From an uncultured delta proteobacterium (lineage in GTDB: Bacteria; Myxococcota_A; UBA9160; UBA4427), in the NCBI GenBank assembly GCA_963822965.1, contig CAWGJT010000006.1:128001-192000 (forward strand): a stretch of DNA of 64,000 nt, read 5' to 3'. How positions within the stretch are numbered: the first letter of the stretch is position 1; each line of letters begins with the position of its first letter. The translations under genes and the position numbers were made by a program. Below, one piece after another: positions 54,701 to 64,000 of the stretch. The notes under the pieces are model-generated. The model made no database searches. It had not been told where the DNA came from and was given only the letters and a program-made list of their open reading frames with translations.

Positions 54701-57230
54701 CGATCGCCATCTCGCTCCAGTAGAGCGCTACCGGGCGGCGCTGGGCGATAGCCGCCGCCGCGTGTGCGGAGCTGGTCCACTCGAGCAGATGGCGCTTCGT
54801 GAACGCAACGCGGACCAGCGTGCGGACGATGGCATCGGCCATCACTGCCGCCTGATGGGGAAGGAACACGAGGAGCAGGAACCAGCGCCCGACACCTTCC
54901 GACAGGGTGCGAGAGACGCCTCGAGAGAGCCGCCATCGCTCGCGCGCCAGACCGGTCGCAAAGTCGATGCAGAGGTGGCCGGCGGGTGCCAGGATCGCGA
55001 ATAGCGTCCACACGAGCGGGTGCCCCGGCAGCCATGTCCAGCCCGAGGCGATCAGCAAGAGAAGGGCCGGAGGCAGGAGACTGCGCCGGAGGTTGTCGAG
55101 AACCTTCCAGCGGTCGATCCACGCGAAGCGATTCGGCAGATAGTCGAAGTCGGCGCCCGGGACGCGGCGGCCGAGCCACGGCAGGAGCTGCCAGTCGCCG
55201 CGCACCCAGCGGTGGAGCCGGCGCGCAAACGCCAGATAGCTCGGCGGGTAGTCCTCGTAGAGGACGATGTCGGTCGCCAGCGCGGCCCGGCCGTGGATTC
55301 CCTCGAAGAGATCATGGCTCGCGAGCGCGTTCTCGGGGACGCGCCCGACGAGGCTCCGCGAGAATGCCGCGACGTCGTAGATGGCCTTCCCCACGTAGAT
55401 CCCCGTGCCGAAGAGATCCTGATAGACGTCCGAGACGGCTCGGCTGTAGATGTCGATCGCGGTGTCGCCGCAGTAGAGGCGGGTGAAGCGCGAGCGGTTT
55501 CCGCTCTCGGGAGACGTCTCGACGCGGGGCTGAACGACGGTGTACCCGGCTTGAACCCGGCCCGATGCGGGATCGACCTCCGCGCGGTTCAGCGGGTGGG
55601 CCAGCGTCCCGACGAGGCGGGCCGCGGTTCCCTGGGCCAGCGCGGTATCGGCGTCGAGGGTGATCACGAAGCGAATCCCCTGGAGCTCGGAGGGCTCGCC
55701 TTCATGGACTGCGAAGCCGGTGTCGTCGTCGCCCCGGAGCAGCCGGTTGAACTCGTCGAGCTTTCCGCGCTTGCGCTCCCAGCCCATCCATCGACCCTCG
55801 ACCGCGTTGAAGCGGCGTTCCCGGTGGAGCAGGTGGAAGGGGCCGGAACCATCGGGATCATGGCGGCGATTGAGCTCCGCGATGCCGCGCACGGCCTGGT
55901 CGAGAAGAGCCGCGTCTTCGGGGCGCCGCGGCTCATCGGCTTCGGGGAAGCCGGTGAGCAGCACGAAACGCAGATTCGGGCCGGGGTTCGACAACCGGTG
56001 ACGCTCGATCTGGCCCAGCAGATGCTCCACGTCCTCGGGGCTGCCGAGCAGGCTCGGAATCACCACGGCGGTCTTGTATTCGGGCGGGATGCCGTGCTCG
56101 AAGGCGAGCTTGGGAAGCACGGTGGGGGGGAGGATCCGTGGGATCGCCCAGTGCAGCACCGTGACCGCGAGCATCGAAGCCGGCAGCAGGAGCAGAGCCA
56201 GCGCGGCGCACCAGGCCGCCGGGTTGGCTCCGACCTGCGCCAGGTAGAAGCCCGGCACCAGGACGAACGACGCCGTGAAGAAGAGCAGCGCGCCGAGGTA
56301 CATGCCCGTTGCGTGCTTGCGGAGCTCGCGTCGGCCTCGCTCCATCCAGCTGGCCTTGCATCGGAGCGAACGCTCGAGCCGCTCGCGCCCCTCTGCGACG
56401 AGCCAGAAGCCGACATGCGCCGATCGGCCGCGATCCGTACTGCGGCGCGCTTGCGCCAGCGCGCGTCGAGCGACCTCCGATTCGTTGTGATTCGAACGTC
56501 GGGCCAGGTCCTCGACCGCCCGTCGGTAGCGATCACGGGTCTGCACGTCCATCTTGGGGTAGGCACCTGCGGGATCGTTCCGGAGCGCGGCGTCGATCGC
56601 GCTGGTTGCCTCCACGAACTCCGGCCAGGAGATCGCATCGAGCGTCGCGAGGCCGCGGACGCTGCGCGCCACGCACTCCGTCTCGTCCAGACGGAGCGGA
56701 AACTCCTCTCTCCATGTGATCTCGAAGGGAGCGGGGAGCTCGGGGGCAAGGCGTTCGAGCGCCAGGACGAGCGTCTCGATGCAGATCAAGCGGAGCATCG
56801 TCGGGAGCGCCCACAGCTCGGCGAGCTCGAGCGTCTCGACCTTCTGGTACGCGGAGACGAAGCGGGTGACGGACTCGGCCGTGAGCTGGAGGCTCGTGGC
56901 ATCCACGATTCCGTGCGCCAGTGCATAGACGCGCGGCGGGCGCGACTCGCGGTCGATCGCCAACGCGGGCAGCCGCGTGTAGTAGCCGCGGGGCAGGTCC
57001 TTGCGAATCTGCCGCACCGCGCGCTCGACCATGTAGGCGTTGTCCATCAGCCATTCGGCGGCCCTGGCGGCTGCGGGCGCCTTCGGAAGGATGGCGTGGG
57101 CGTCGGAGAGCCACCGGGAGATGGCGGGGAGCCCGGAGAGAGAGGGAATCGGGAGGGGCTGCTGATCCGAGAGGGCGTGCAAGCGAGCGAGGGTGTCGCC
57201 CGCGGACACCAGATTCGGTGGGCACATCAC
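48711..57230 (-). CDS. ndvB: Cyclic beta-1,2-glucan synthase (Cgs/NdvB/ChvB-like; GT84 + cyclisation domain + GH94 phosphorylase); two frameshifts (~51880, ~51530)
   Basis: WMGWERKRGKL, ITLDADT, SHDLFEG, RWVRGDWQLL, TSPTNIG, YVSTVDSGN, YDLLASEARL, MFEYLMP, PWGVSESG, YQSSGAFGFRDQLQD, GDWNDGMN, ENGGQYSH. About 2,840 codons in total. Confidence 0.93.
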
Positions 57231-57248
57231 GGGGCGAATCCGGTCCGG

Positions 57249-58286
57249 TCACGACTTCGCAAGCTGCGGGAGTCGCACGCCTCCGCGGCTACGGCTTCTT
57301 GGCAGCGTCCGGACGATCTCGGTGGTCCGCTCGCGAACGACGAGCAACGGCGCGGTGGCATGCTCCAGCAGGAAGCTCGCGACGCTGCCGAAGGGGAGCT
57401 CCGCCCGCCCGCCGCAGCCGTGTCCGGAGAAGACCACCAGGTCGACGTGATCCTCGGCGATACGACGCAGGATCTCGCCGCGGACATCGCCGTCGACGGC
57501 CACGAGAGTGCGTACCCGAATGCCCTCTCCGGCGACGCGCTTCTGCACGCCCTCCAGGTAGACCTCGGCAGCGCGCGCGTTGCGGTCGACGAGGCGTTGA
57601 TCGAGAGCCTGCTCCCCGTCGTCGAGAGGACAGGGGCAAGGACGCTCGGGCCTCGAAACGACGTGGAGCAGGAGCAGCTCGGAGCCGTGGACCCGGGCAA
57701 CGCTCGAGGCCAGTGGCAGGGCGCTCTCGGCTCGGGGCGACCCGTCCAGGAGCACGAGGATGCGTCGATAGGTGAGCTCGCCCTTGAGCGGCTCCTGGAC
57801 CGATTGGGCCGGCACCAGGAGCACGGACCCGGAGATCCCCTCGATGAGCTTGCGCGCAGTGCTGGCGAGGCTCCATTCCGTCCACCCGCTCTCCCCGTGG
57901 CTGGCCAGCACAGTGAGGTCGACACCGTGGCTGCTCACCCAGTCGCGAATCTCCTCGGCCGGGCGCCCTTCGAGGACCTCGATTGCGACGGGCACACCGG
58001 ACGATGCATGTTCGGACTCGACCGCGGCGAGGTGCCCTCGGGCCTCCGCGCGCCGAGCTTCCCACTCGAGCGGGTCGGTCGGCGTCGCACCCGGGCCCTC
58101 ATGCGGCGGCTCGAGCGCGTGCAAGACCGTCAACTTGGCGCCGAAGGCTCGCGCCAAGACGACGCCGTGCGGAACGATCCGATCTCCGATGGGAGAGCGA
58201 TCGACGCAGACGCCCACGTGACGGATCGGCTGCGGCCCCCCGTCGGAAATGTCGTGGTTCGGGCCCTCTACCGATTGGCTCGTCAT
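57249..58286 (-). CDS. Universal stress protein with two tandem USP domains
   Basis: VCVDRS..LTVLHA..GRPAEEI..DLTVLASHG; RILVLLDGS..DLVVFSGHG..FGSVA..LL. Confidence 0.92.
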   Translation of the reverse strand: MTSQSVEGPNHDISDGGPQPIRHVGVCVDRSPIGDRIVPHGVVLARAFGAKLTVLHALEPPHEGPGATPTDPLEWEARRAEARGHLAAVESEHASSGVPVAIEVLEGRPAEEIRDWVSSHGVDLTVLASHGESGWTEWSLASTARKLIEGISGSVLLVPAQSVQEPLKGELTYRRILVLLDGSPRAESALPLASSVARVHGSELLLLHVVSRPERPCPCPLDDGEQALDQRLVDRNARAAEVYLEGVQKRVAGEGIRVRTLVAVDGDVRGEILRRIAEDHVDLVVFSGHGCGGRAELPFGSVASFLLEHATAPLLVVRERTTEIVRTLPRSRSRGGVRLPQLAKS

Positions 58287-58503
58287 CGCGTCCTCCCGGA
58301 TGGACCCGAGGGTGATGGTACTCCCCTTCCCTGGAGCGACAAACCAGCTCGGTCCCCGTCACGATCTATCGCCTGAAGCCAGGCGGTCCCAGCTGGGTTC
58401 GATCGCGACACACGTCGGAGCACTTCCCGAGGAGCCCCAGGACACTTCCAATCGGCGCCGGCCCTGGCCGTAGGCAACGAGCCTCCACGCCATTGTCCGC
58501 ACA

Positions 58504-59431
58504 TCAATCACGTCCGGCTCCCGGACGGCGGCCCGCTCTGCCAGTCTCTTCCGACAACGCCTCGAAACCGGAAAGCACGTCGAAGAGCTCCTCGTCGATG
58601 CTTCCCTGACGGACCCGGTGGAACGTCCCGTTGAGATTCTCCAGCAGCTCGTCGATATTCCTGTCCGCGCGCTCCATGGCCGCCAGGCGACTCGCGTTCT
58701 CGCTCGCGAGGGATTCGGCGCAAGCCCGGAAGAGGGAGACGAAGACGTATTCGCGAATGAGCGCCCGCAAGGTCCCGGTGCCGCCGCCCATGACCTGGGG
58801 CAGGTTCTGGGTCGGCCACGGAAGCTCGGCCAAATCGTCGCGCCAGGCCTGGTCCAGCGGTAGCAGTCGCTGACGGATGGGCGCGTAGGCCGCCCCGGAC
58901 GTCGGGCGGTTGTAGAAGAGATGGAGTTCGCTCACTTCACGATCCCCGCGGAGCGCTGTCGCTCTCCAGGAGAATCTGTCCGACGAGAGGGGTGATGGCC
59001 TGGACGGAACTCGGCACCGCGTAGAGTCCTGCCAGCAGCAGACCTGCGTCCGCGAGGCGCGCATGAACGCGCTCACCCACGGCCCATACCTGGGCATCCC
59101 CAGGCAAGGCCGCGATAGCCTCGACCGCATACTCGGCAACCACCTCGTTGAACTGGCCCACCAGCCCCTGGTCGGAACCGAACACGACCGCGCCGATCAC
59201 ATCCCCATCGGCTCTGGCCTTGCCGGCTGCCATGAAAGCCCCTGGCTCGCTTTCCCGAAAGCAAGCGCTCAACCCCAGCTCCACCGTCCGGTAGTAGTCG
59301 ACCAGTGCGCGCACCGATTGCTCGTATTCGCCGATACTCGAGGCGGCCAACGCTTTCATCGTGCGGACGACCGACTGGAGGTCACCGGCACTGCTGATCT
59401 TCCTGCGCAGGCTCGCCGTCGTGTCGCTCAT
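58504..59431 (-). CDS. atpG: N-type ATPase gamma subunit (frameshift at ~58950)
   Basis: [59 protein letters not shown]. Confidence 0.93.
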
Positions 59432-60981
59432 GGCTTTGGCTCGAGTGCCGCATCCGACGAAAACGCTTCGAGGACCTGGCGACCGATTTCGACGATCGTT
59501 TCGCGGTCCTCGACGCTCAGCTCGCCGGCGGATTGCAAGCGCTCGCGCAGCTCGGCCGGAATGTTCTCCGCCGCCTCGCGAACGGCCTGCTCGGCCTTGG
59601 TCATCCGTTCAAGCGGCACCGCGTCGAAGAGCCGCGCGGTCAACGCCAGCAGGACGGCGATCTGCGCCGGCACGGGCACTGGGGACAATTCTGCCTGATT
59701 GAGGCTCGCGCGAATCCGCCGTCCGTGCTCGATGACCTTGCGGGTGTCTTCATCCAGACGCGCGCCGAACCGGGCGAAGGTCTCGAGCTCCTCGAACTGG
59801 GCGAACGCGAGCTTGAGATCGCCCGCCACCGCGCGGTAGGCCGCCCGCTGCGCCTTTCCGCCGACCCGGGAAACGGATTTTCCGACATCGACCGCTGGCA
59901 GCACACCCAGTTCGAACAGCGACGGCGAGAGATAGATCTGCCCGTCGGTGATGGAAATCAGGTTGGTCGGAATATAGGCGGAGATGTCCTGCGCTTGCGT
60001 CTCGATGATGGGCAGGGCGGTCAGCGATCCGCCACCGCGTTCCTCGCTGAGGTGCGTCGCCCGTTCCAGCAGCCGCGAATGAATGTAGAAGATGTCTCCC
60101 GGGAAGGCCTCCCGACCGGGCGGACGGCGCAGCAACAAAGATAGCTCGCGATACGCGCGTGCATGATGAGTGAGATCGTCGTAGACGATCAACACGTCGC
60201 GGCCGGCTTCCATGAAGTACTCCGCGATGCTGGTCGCGGCGTAGGGAGCGATGTAGGCGAGACCTGGCGGATCGTTGCCCTCGGTGACGACCACCACCGT
60301 ATAGTCCATCGCGCCCTTCTCCCCCAAGGTCGCCAATGTCTTCGCCACGGCGGACGCCCGCTGGCCGATGGCGCAATAGACGCACACGACACTCTGGCCC
60401 GGCTGATTGAGGATGGCGTCGATCGCGATCGCAGTCTTGCCCGTCTGCCGGTCCCCGAGGATCAGCTCACGCTGTCCACGTCCGATGGGAATCAGCGCAT
60501 CAATGACCTTGAGCCCCGTCTGGAGCGGAACGGTGACGGGTCCGCGGTCCATGATGGGCGCAGCGGGGCGTTCGATGGGCAAGCGCCCACTCGCGTCCAC
60601 CGGCCCATTGCCGTCGAGTGGCCGACCGAGCGGATCGATGATGCGTCCCAGCAAGCCGTCGCCCACGGCCACGTCCATGACCCGACCCGTACGCTGGACT
60701 TCATCGCCTGCGTGCAAATGCCAGTACTCGCCCAGCAGCACGACGCCAATCTCGTCCTCGTCTACGTTGAAAGCGATACCGGCTACGCCGCCGGGAAACT
60801 CCATAATCTCGTCGACGCCCACGCCGGGAAGACCGGAGACCTTGGCGATGCCCGTCGAGACGTTCGTGACCGTGCCCACCTCGCGGGGCTCCAGCCGCGG
60901 CACCAATCCCTCGCGCGCCCGGCGCATGCTCGTAAACGCGCGCTCGAGTGCCGTCTCCACGGTTTCAGGCCCAGTTCTCAT
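59428..60981 (-). CDS. atpA: N-type ATPase alpha subunit
   Basis: [49 protein letters not shown]. Confidence 0.97.
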   Translation of the reverse strand: MRTGPETVETALERAFTSMRRAREGLVPRLEPREVGTVTNVSTGIAKVSGLPGVGVDEIMEFPGGVAGIAFNVDEDEIGVVLLGEYWHLHAGDEVQRTGRVMDVAVGDGLLGRIIDPLGRPLDGNGPVDASGRLPIERPAAPIMDRGPVTVPLQTGLKVIDALIPIGRGQRELILGDRQTGKTAIAIDAILNQPGQSVVCVYCAIGQRASAVAKTLATLGEKGAMDYTVVVVTEGNDPPGLAYIAPYAATSIAEYFMEAGRDVLIVYDDLTHHARAYRELSLLLRRPPGREAFPGDIFYIHSRLLERATHLSEERGGGSLTALPIIETQAQDISAYIPTNLISITDGQIYLSPSLFELGVLPAVDVGKSVSRVGGKAQRAAYRAVAGDLKLAFAQFEELETFARFGARLDEDTRKVIEHGRRIRASLNQAELSPVPVPAQIAVLLALTARLFDAVPLERMTKAEQAVREAAENIPAELRERLQSAGELSVEDRETIVEIGRQVLEAFSSDAALEPKP

Positions 60982-61793
60982 TGGCTCACTTCTGCCTTTG
61001 GCTCGGTCTTTCGCTCAACGGATGCCTCGGATCGGACTTGTTCGTCCAGAAGCTCCCTGACACCCTTCTCCAGCGACCCAAGGTAATCCGAGATGCTCCA
61101 GGCCACCTTCTGTCCATTCGACGTCAGCTCGATCCCGCTCACGAGCTCCGGCGCGGTCTCGAACTGGACCGCGACCTCGAGCGAAACGCATTCGTTGAGT
61201 GATTGCTGTACTGCGGCGCGTTGCTCCGACGGCAGCTCGTAGGCGCTGCGCACGATGGCCGGTGCCGACGATGCCGATAAGGCTGCGGCGAGACCTTGCT
61301 TCGCCTCATCTCCCAGGTCTCGCAGACGACGCGTGAACATCTCGCTCATGCGTTCTTCCAGCGTTGTCCCAGCGAGGTCCGTCAGCGTCTTTCGCGCGAT
61401 CGCAAACACCTCCGCTTCGGCTCGGCGGCTGATGGCCTCCGTCAGGCTGCGGGCTTCGCGCCTCAATGCTTCCTGGCGCTTCGCCCTCCAGGCCTCGGCC
61501 GCCTGGCGTGCTTCGCCGAAACGCCGCCCCCGCTCGGCTTCCACCTCGCCCGCCACCTGCCTCAGGAGTTCAGCCCGCTGACGATCGAACTCCTCGTTCT
61601 TCTTCTCGAACAGAGCGCGCTCCTTCTCGGCTTCGGTTCTCTTTGCGTCGGCGTCCGCAAGCTCCGCAGCGACCCGCTTCTCCCGCGCGTCGATCGCGCG
61701 AAGAATGGGCTGGTAGAGAAAGCGCTTCATCAACCAGACCAGGATCAGGAAGTTGAGCGCCTGCGCACCAACGGTGAACCAATCGACGAGCAT
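60978..61793 (-). CDS. atpF: N-type ATPase b subunit with delta-like C-terminal extension
   Basis: [30 protein letters not shown], coiled coil, then [21 protein letters not shown]...GQKVAWSI. Confidence 0.93.
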   Translation of the reverse strand: MLVDWFTVGAQALNFLILVWLMKRFLYQPILRAIDAREKRVAAELADADAKRTEAEKERALFEKKNEEFDRQRAELLRQVAGEVEAERGRRFGEARQAAEAWRAKRQEALRREARSLTEAISRRAEAEVFAIARKTLTDLAGTTLEERMSEMFTRRLRDLGDEAKQGLAAALSASSAPAIVRSAYELPSEQRAAVQQSLNECVSLEVAVQFETAPELVSGIELTSNGQKVAWSISDYLGSLEKGVRELLDEQVRSEASVERKTEPKAEVSQ

Positions 61794-61796
61794 GGA

Positions 61797-62078
61797 CTAC
61801 CTTCCCACGGCTTCCGCGATCACGTAGTTCCAGAACGGATTGGCGAAAAGGAGAATCATCGAGACCACGAAGCAGTAGATGGCCGTGGACTCGACCATCG
61901 CCAGACCGACGAACAGCGTGCGCGTGATCGTGGCCGATGCGTCCGGCTGCTGCGCCAGCGCACCCAGCGCTGCCGCGACTGCGCGCCCTTCGCTGAATGC
62001 TGGCGCCATGGTGCCGAAGCCCGTGGTAAGTCCGGCGATGACGATGGACGCCACCGCGATTGTCGTCATGCTGTCCAT
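61797..62078 (-). CDS. atpE: N-type ATPase c subunit
   Basis: EGRAV..AQQPDA..ITRTLFVGLAMVESTAIYC..LFANPFW. AAGGGGAG RBS. Confidence 0.95.
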   Translation of the reverse strand: MDSMTTIAVASIVIAGLTTGFGTMAPAFSEGRAVAAALGALAQQPDASATITRTLFVGLAMVESTAIYCFVVSMILLFANPFWNYVIAEAVGR

Positions 62079-62109
62079 GCTGCTCCCCTTGATTTCCGAC
62101 GTTATTCCT

Positions 62110-62811
62110 TCACTGGACCGGTTCTGCTTCGGGGCCGGAGCCACGCTCGCGAACTCGCGTGGCCGCCGCGATGTAGACCGTAGCCAGAATGAAGAAGATG
62201 TAGGCCTGCACCATGCCGGTCAGCAGACCGAGCGCCGTCATCAGGATCGGAAAGATGAAGGGCGTGATGCTGAGAAGAATTCCGATGATCATCGTCCCGC
62301 TCATCATGTTTCCGAACAGCCGGACCGCCAGGGCGAGAGTGCGCGAGACTTCACTGATCACGTTGAAGGGCAACATGATGACCGTCGGCTCCACGTAGGA
62401 CTTGAGGTAGCCACCCATCCCCTTCTCCTCGATGCCGAAGAGCGGCACCGCCACGAACACGCTCAGCGCGAGCGCGACGGTCGTCGAGAGCGAGCCGGTC
62501 GGGGGCTCGTAGCCCGGAATGATGGTGCACAGGCTGGCCGCTGCGACGAACAGGAAGAGCGTGCCGAGAAAGCCGAGATATCTCTCCGGATGGCGCAGCC
62601 CGACCTCCTCGATCTGTTTCTCAATGGCAGTGACGACGATTTCCAGAAGGTTCTGCCAGCGTGAGCGTCCGAGATCCGTCGACAACCTGCGTGTAATGAG
62701 TCTCGAACCCATGGCTAGCAGCAGCATCAGTCCCCACGTGAACACGATGGTGGCGTTGAGTTTGAGAAACCCGAATTGCCAGAAGATGATCTCGTCGGGA
62801 CTAAGGCGCAT
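62110..62811 (-). CDS. atpB: N-type ATPase a subunit
   Basis: MRLSPDEIIFWQ..PPTGSLSTT..SRTLALAVRLFGNMMSG..QAYIFFILATVYI. Confidence 0.95.
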   Translation of the reverse strand: MRLSPDEIIFWQFGFLKLNATIVFTWGLMLLLAMGSRLITRRLSTDLGRSRWQNLLEIVVTAIEKQIEEVGLRHPERYLGFLGTLFLFVAAASLCTIIPGYEPPTGSLSTTVALALSVFVAVPLFGIEEKGMGGYLKSYVEPTVIMLPFNVISEVSRTLALAVRLFGNMMSGTMIIGILLSITPFIFPILMTALGLLTGMVQAYIFFILATVYIAAATRVRERGSGPEAEPVQ

Positions 62812-63121
62812 GAGCCGTCCATTTCGCCGGGACGTCCTGATGTTCGACCGACGCGCTGGCGAGGGAGGTCGCCAGGAAACGTGCAACGACGAAGCCCAGG
62901 AGACAGGCGAGCAGCCGTTTCCAGTCACCGCTCGAGACGAGATGGAACCCAACGAGGACGATGCTCATTCGCAGCACCACGCTGCCGAGGAACCAAAGCG
63001 CCGGCCGTTTGGCCCACACCCCTCTGCGAACCGTCCACCAGAGCCCACCGAAGAAGCTCGCACCGAGCAAGAGGCCCGCCGCACAAGCCGCTGCCAGAGG
63101 CAGGAACTCAATCATCGCCAT
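62801..63121 (-). CDS. atpR: N-ATPase-specific AtpR subunit
   Basis: AGLLLGASFFGGLWWTVRRG..WFLGSVVLR..LLGFVVAR. Located between atpQ and atpB. Confidence 0.88.
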   Translation of the reverse strand: MAMIEFLPLAAACAAGLLLGASFFGGLWWTVRRGVWAKRPALWFLGSVVLRMSIVLVGFHLVSSGDWKRLLACLLGFVVARFLATSLASASVEHQDVPAKWTAHAP

Positions 63122-63446
63122 CCTCCCGTTCCTCGCCGATCGCCTTGTCTTCCCTGGCGACCCAATGCCACGCGTTCAAACAGCCGATCGCGAGCCCGGC
63201 GATCAACAGCGCCAGCGTCCAGGAATGGAGGCCGGGATGGCGTTTGTCCAACCACATCCCGAGCGCCGCGCCGAGTAACGTCGGAACCGCCACCGACCAG
63301 CCGACGAGCCCCATCATCCCCAGGCCGAACCAGACGCCCGGAGCGGAATTCCGCCGCGCCTTGAGCTTGCGCGCCGCCTTCGCGCCGACCTGCCCAGCAA
63401 ACGTCGACCCGTTCTTCGAGGGTCTCGGGGTCGGCTCGTCAGTCAT
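63108..63446 (-). CDS. atpQ: N-ATPase AtpQ (AtpZ/AtpI family)
   Basis: KAARKLKARR..VWFGLGMMGLVGWSVAVPTLLG..GCLNAWHWV. Confidence 0.88.
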   Translation of the reverse strand: MTDEPTPRPSKNGSTFAGQVGAKAARKLKARRNSAPGVWFGLGMMGLVGWSVAVPTLLGAALGMWLDKRHPGLHSWTLALLIAGLAIGCLNAWHWVAREDKAIGEEREDGDD

Positions 63447-63843
63447 GCTGAAAGCTCGCACATCGACGCAGAAAACCGGTCTCCAATCTCGCCATGACCG
63501 AGCGCACGCTTTGCTCGCGTTCGTCCAGGGTCAAGAACTCCCGCTCCACCGCATCGCGCAATCGACCGAGGTCCACTCCGCCTATCGCCTGACGGACGGA
63601 AACGACCACCTCCGGGCCGGTCTTGACCAGCACGCCCGCATCCACAGCGACGAAGACCTCGCCGTCCTCCTCGGTCTCGTAAGTCACAATTCCCGGCGTG
63701 AGGGCCGCCACACAATCGAGCCGATGCGGCAAGAGTCCAAACGAGCCCTCGCGCGTCTCGGCCACGATGCGCGACACACCGCTCTTCGCTTCGAAGATTC
63801 GGGACGGCAGGAGAATCTTCAGATCAATGAGCGTCGGCGCCAT
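63439..63843 (-). CDS. atpC: N-type ATPase epsilon subunit
   Basis: LKILLPSRIF..IVAETREGSFGLLPHRLDCVAAL.PGI..AVDAGVLVK. Confidence 0.92.
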   Translation of the reverse strand: MAPTLIDLKILLPSRIFEAKSGVSRIVAETREGSFGLLPHRLDCVAALTPGIVTYETEEDGEVFVAVDAGVLVKTGPEVVVSVRQAIGGVDLGRLRDAVEREFLTLDEREQSVRSVMARLETGFLRRCASFQHD

Positions 63844-64000
63844 GATCGACCTTCGGTCGAGGCTTCGCGCCGGTTTCCGGATGGGGCCCACGCGACGCTC
63901 GAGCTTCTGGTTCACCTCCGGACGAGTCGTCGGAGCGAGACTTGCCGCTCTTCTTGGCCTCCTCGACCGAACCGATCATGTAGAGCGCACTCTCGGGGTA
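63824..64000 (-). CDS. atpD: N-type ATPase beta subunit, 3' end (partial)
   Basis: YPESALYMIGSVEEA followed by a low-complexity tail ending at TGA 63824-63826. Position fits atpDCQRBEFAG order. Confidence 0.85.
   Translation of the reverse strand, partial: YPESALYMIGSVEEAKKSGKSRSDDSSGGEPEARASRGPHPETGAKPRPKVDHGADAH

Noticed and set aside
55020..58376. Long antisense/alternate-frame ORFs (e.g. 55020..58376+, 28187..31036+, 11074..13479+, 16492..19104+)
   Set aside because: Shadow ORFs expected at ~70% GC. They overlap well-supported genes and show no recognisable motifs.

Overview
High-GC bacterial chromosome segment, probably Myxococcota/Deltaproteobacteria-like (inferred from gene content, GC and promoter types). 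Many genes, including secA, groEL and atpG, are broken by single-base indels, so these are treated as probable long-read consensus errors, not pseudogenes. 1-9.7 kb: housekeeping block (argJ, secA, M23 peptidase, FHA protein, recN, NAD kinase, rarA). 9.7-14.2 kb: REC-GGDEF protein, Hsp20, a six-CBS protein and a membrane protein. 14.2-24.8 kb: catabolic/redox genes (TetR, FAD monooxygenase, Rieske oxygenase, three alpha/beta hydrolases, MmyB-like regulator, DUF3556 plus phytoene-desaturase-like oxidoreductase). 24.8-64 kb: a long cluster dominated by stress and ion-homeostasis genes (ClC, HAD, Rho_N-like and LapA-like small proteins, DUF72+Fpg, WS/DGAT, groES-groEL, TrkH/TrkA, lmo0937-like, CsbD, BON-MscS, DUF21, a ~8.5 kb cyclic beta-1,2-glucan synthase, tandem USP, and an N-type ATPase operon running off the right edge). 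Non-coding signals: four sigma54-type and three sigma28-type promoter motifs, two operator palindromes, an AT-rich palindrome at an apparent gene-truncating junction (35.6 kb), gene remnants and an inverted 45-bp duplication. No rRNA, tRNA, CRISPR array, transposase or integrase was recognised.
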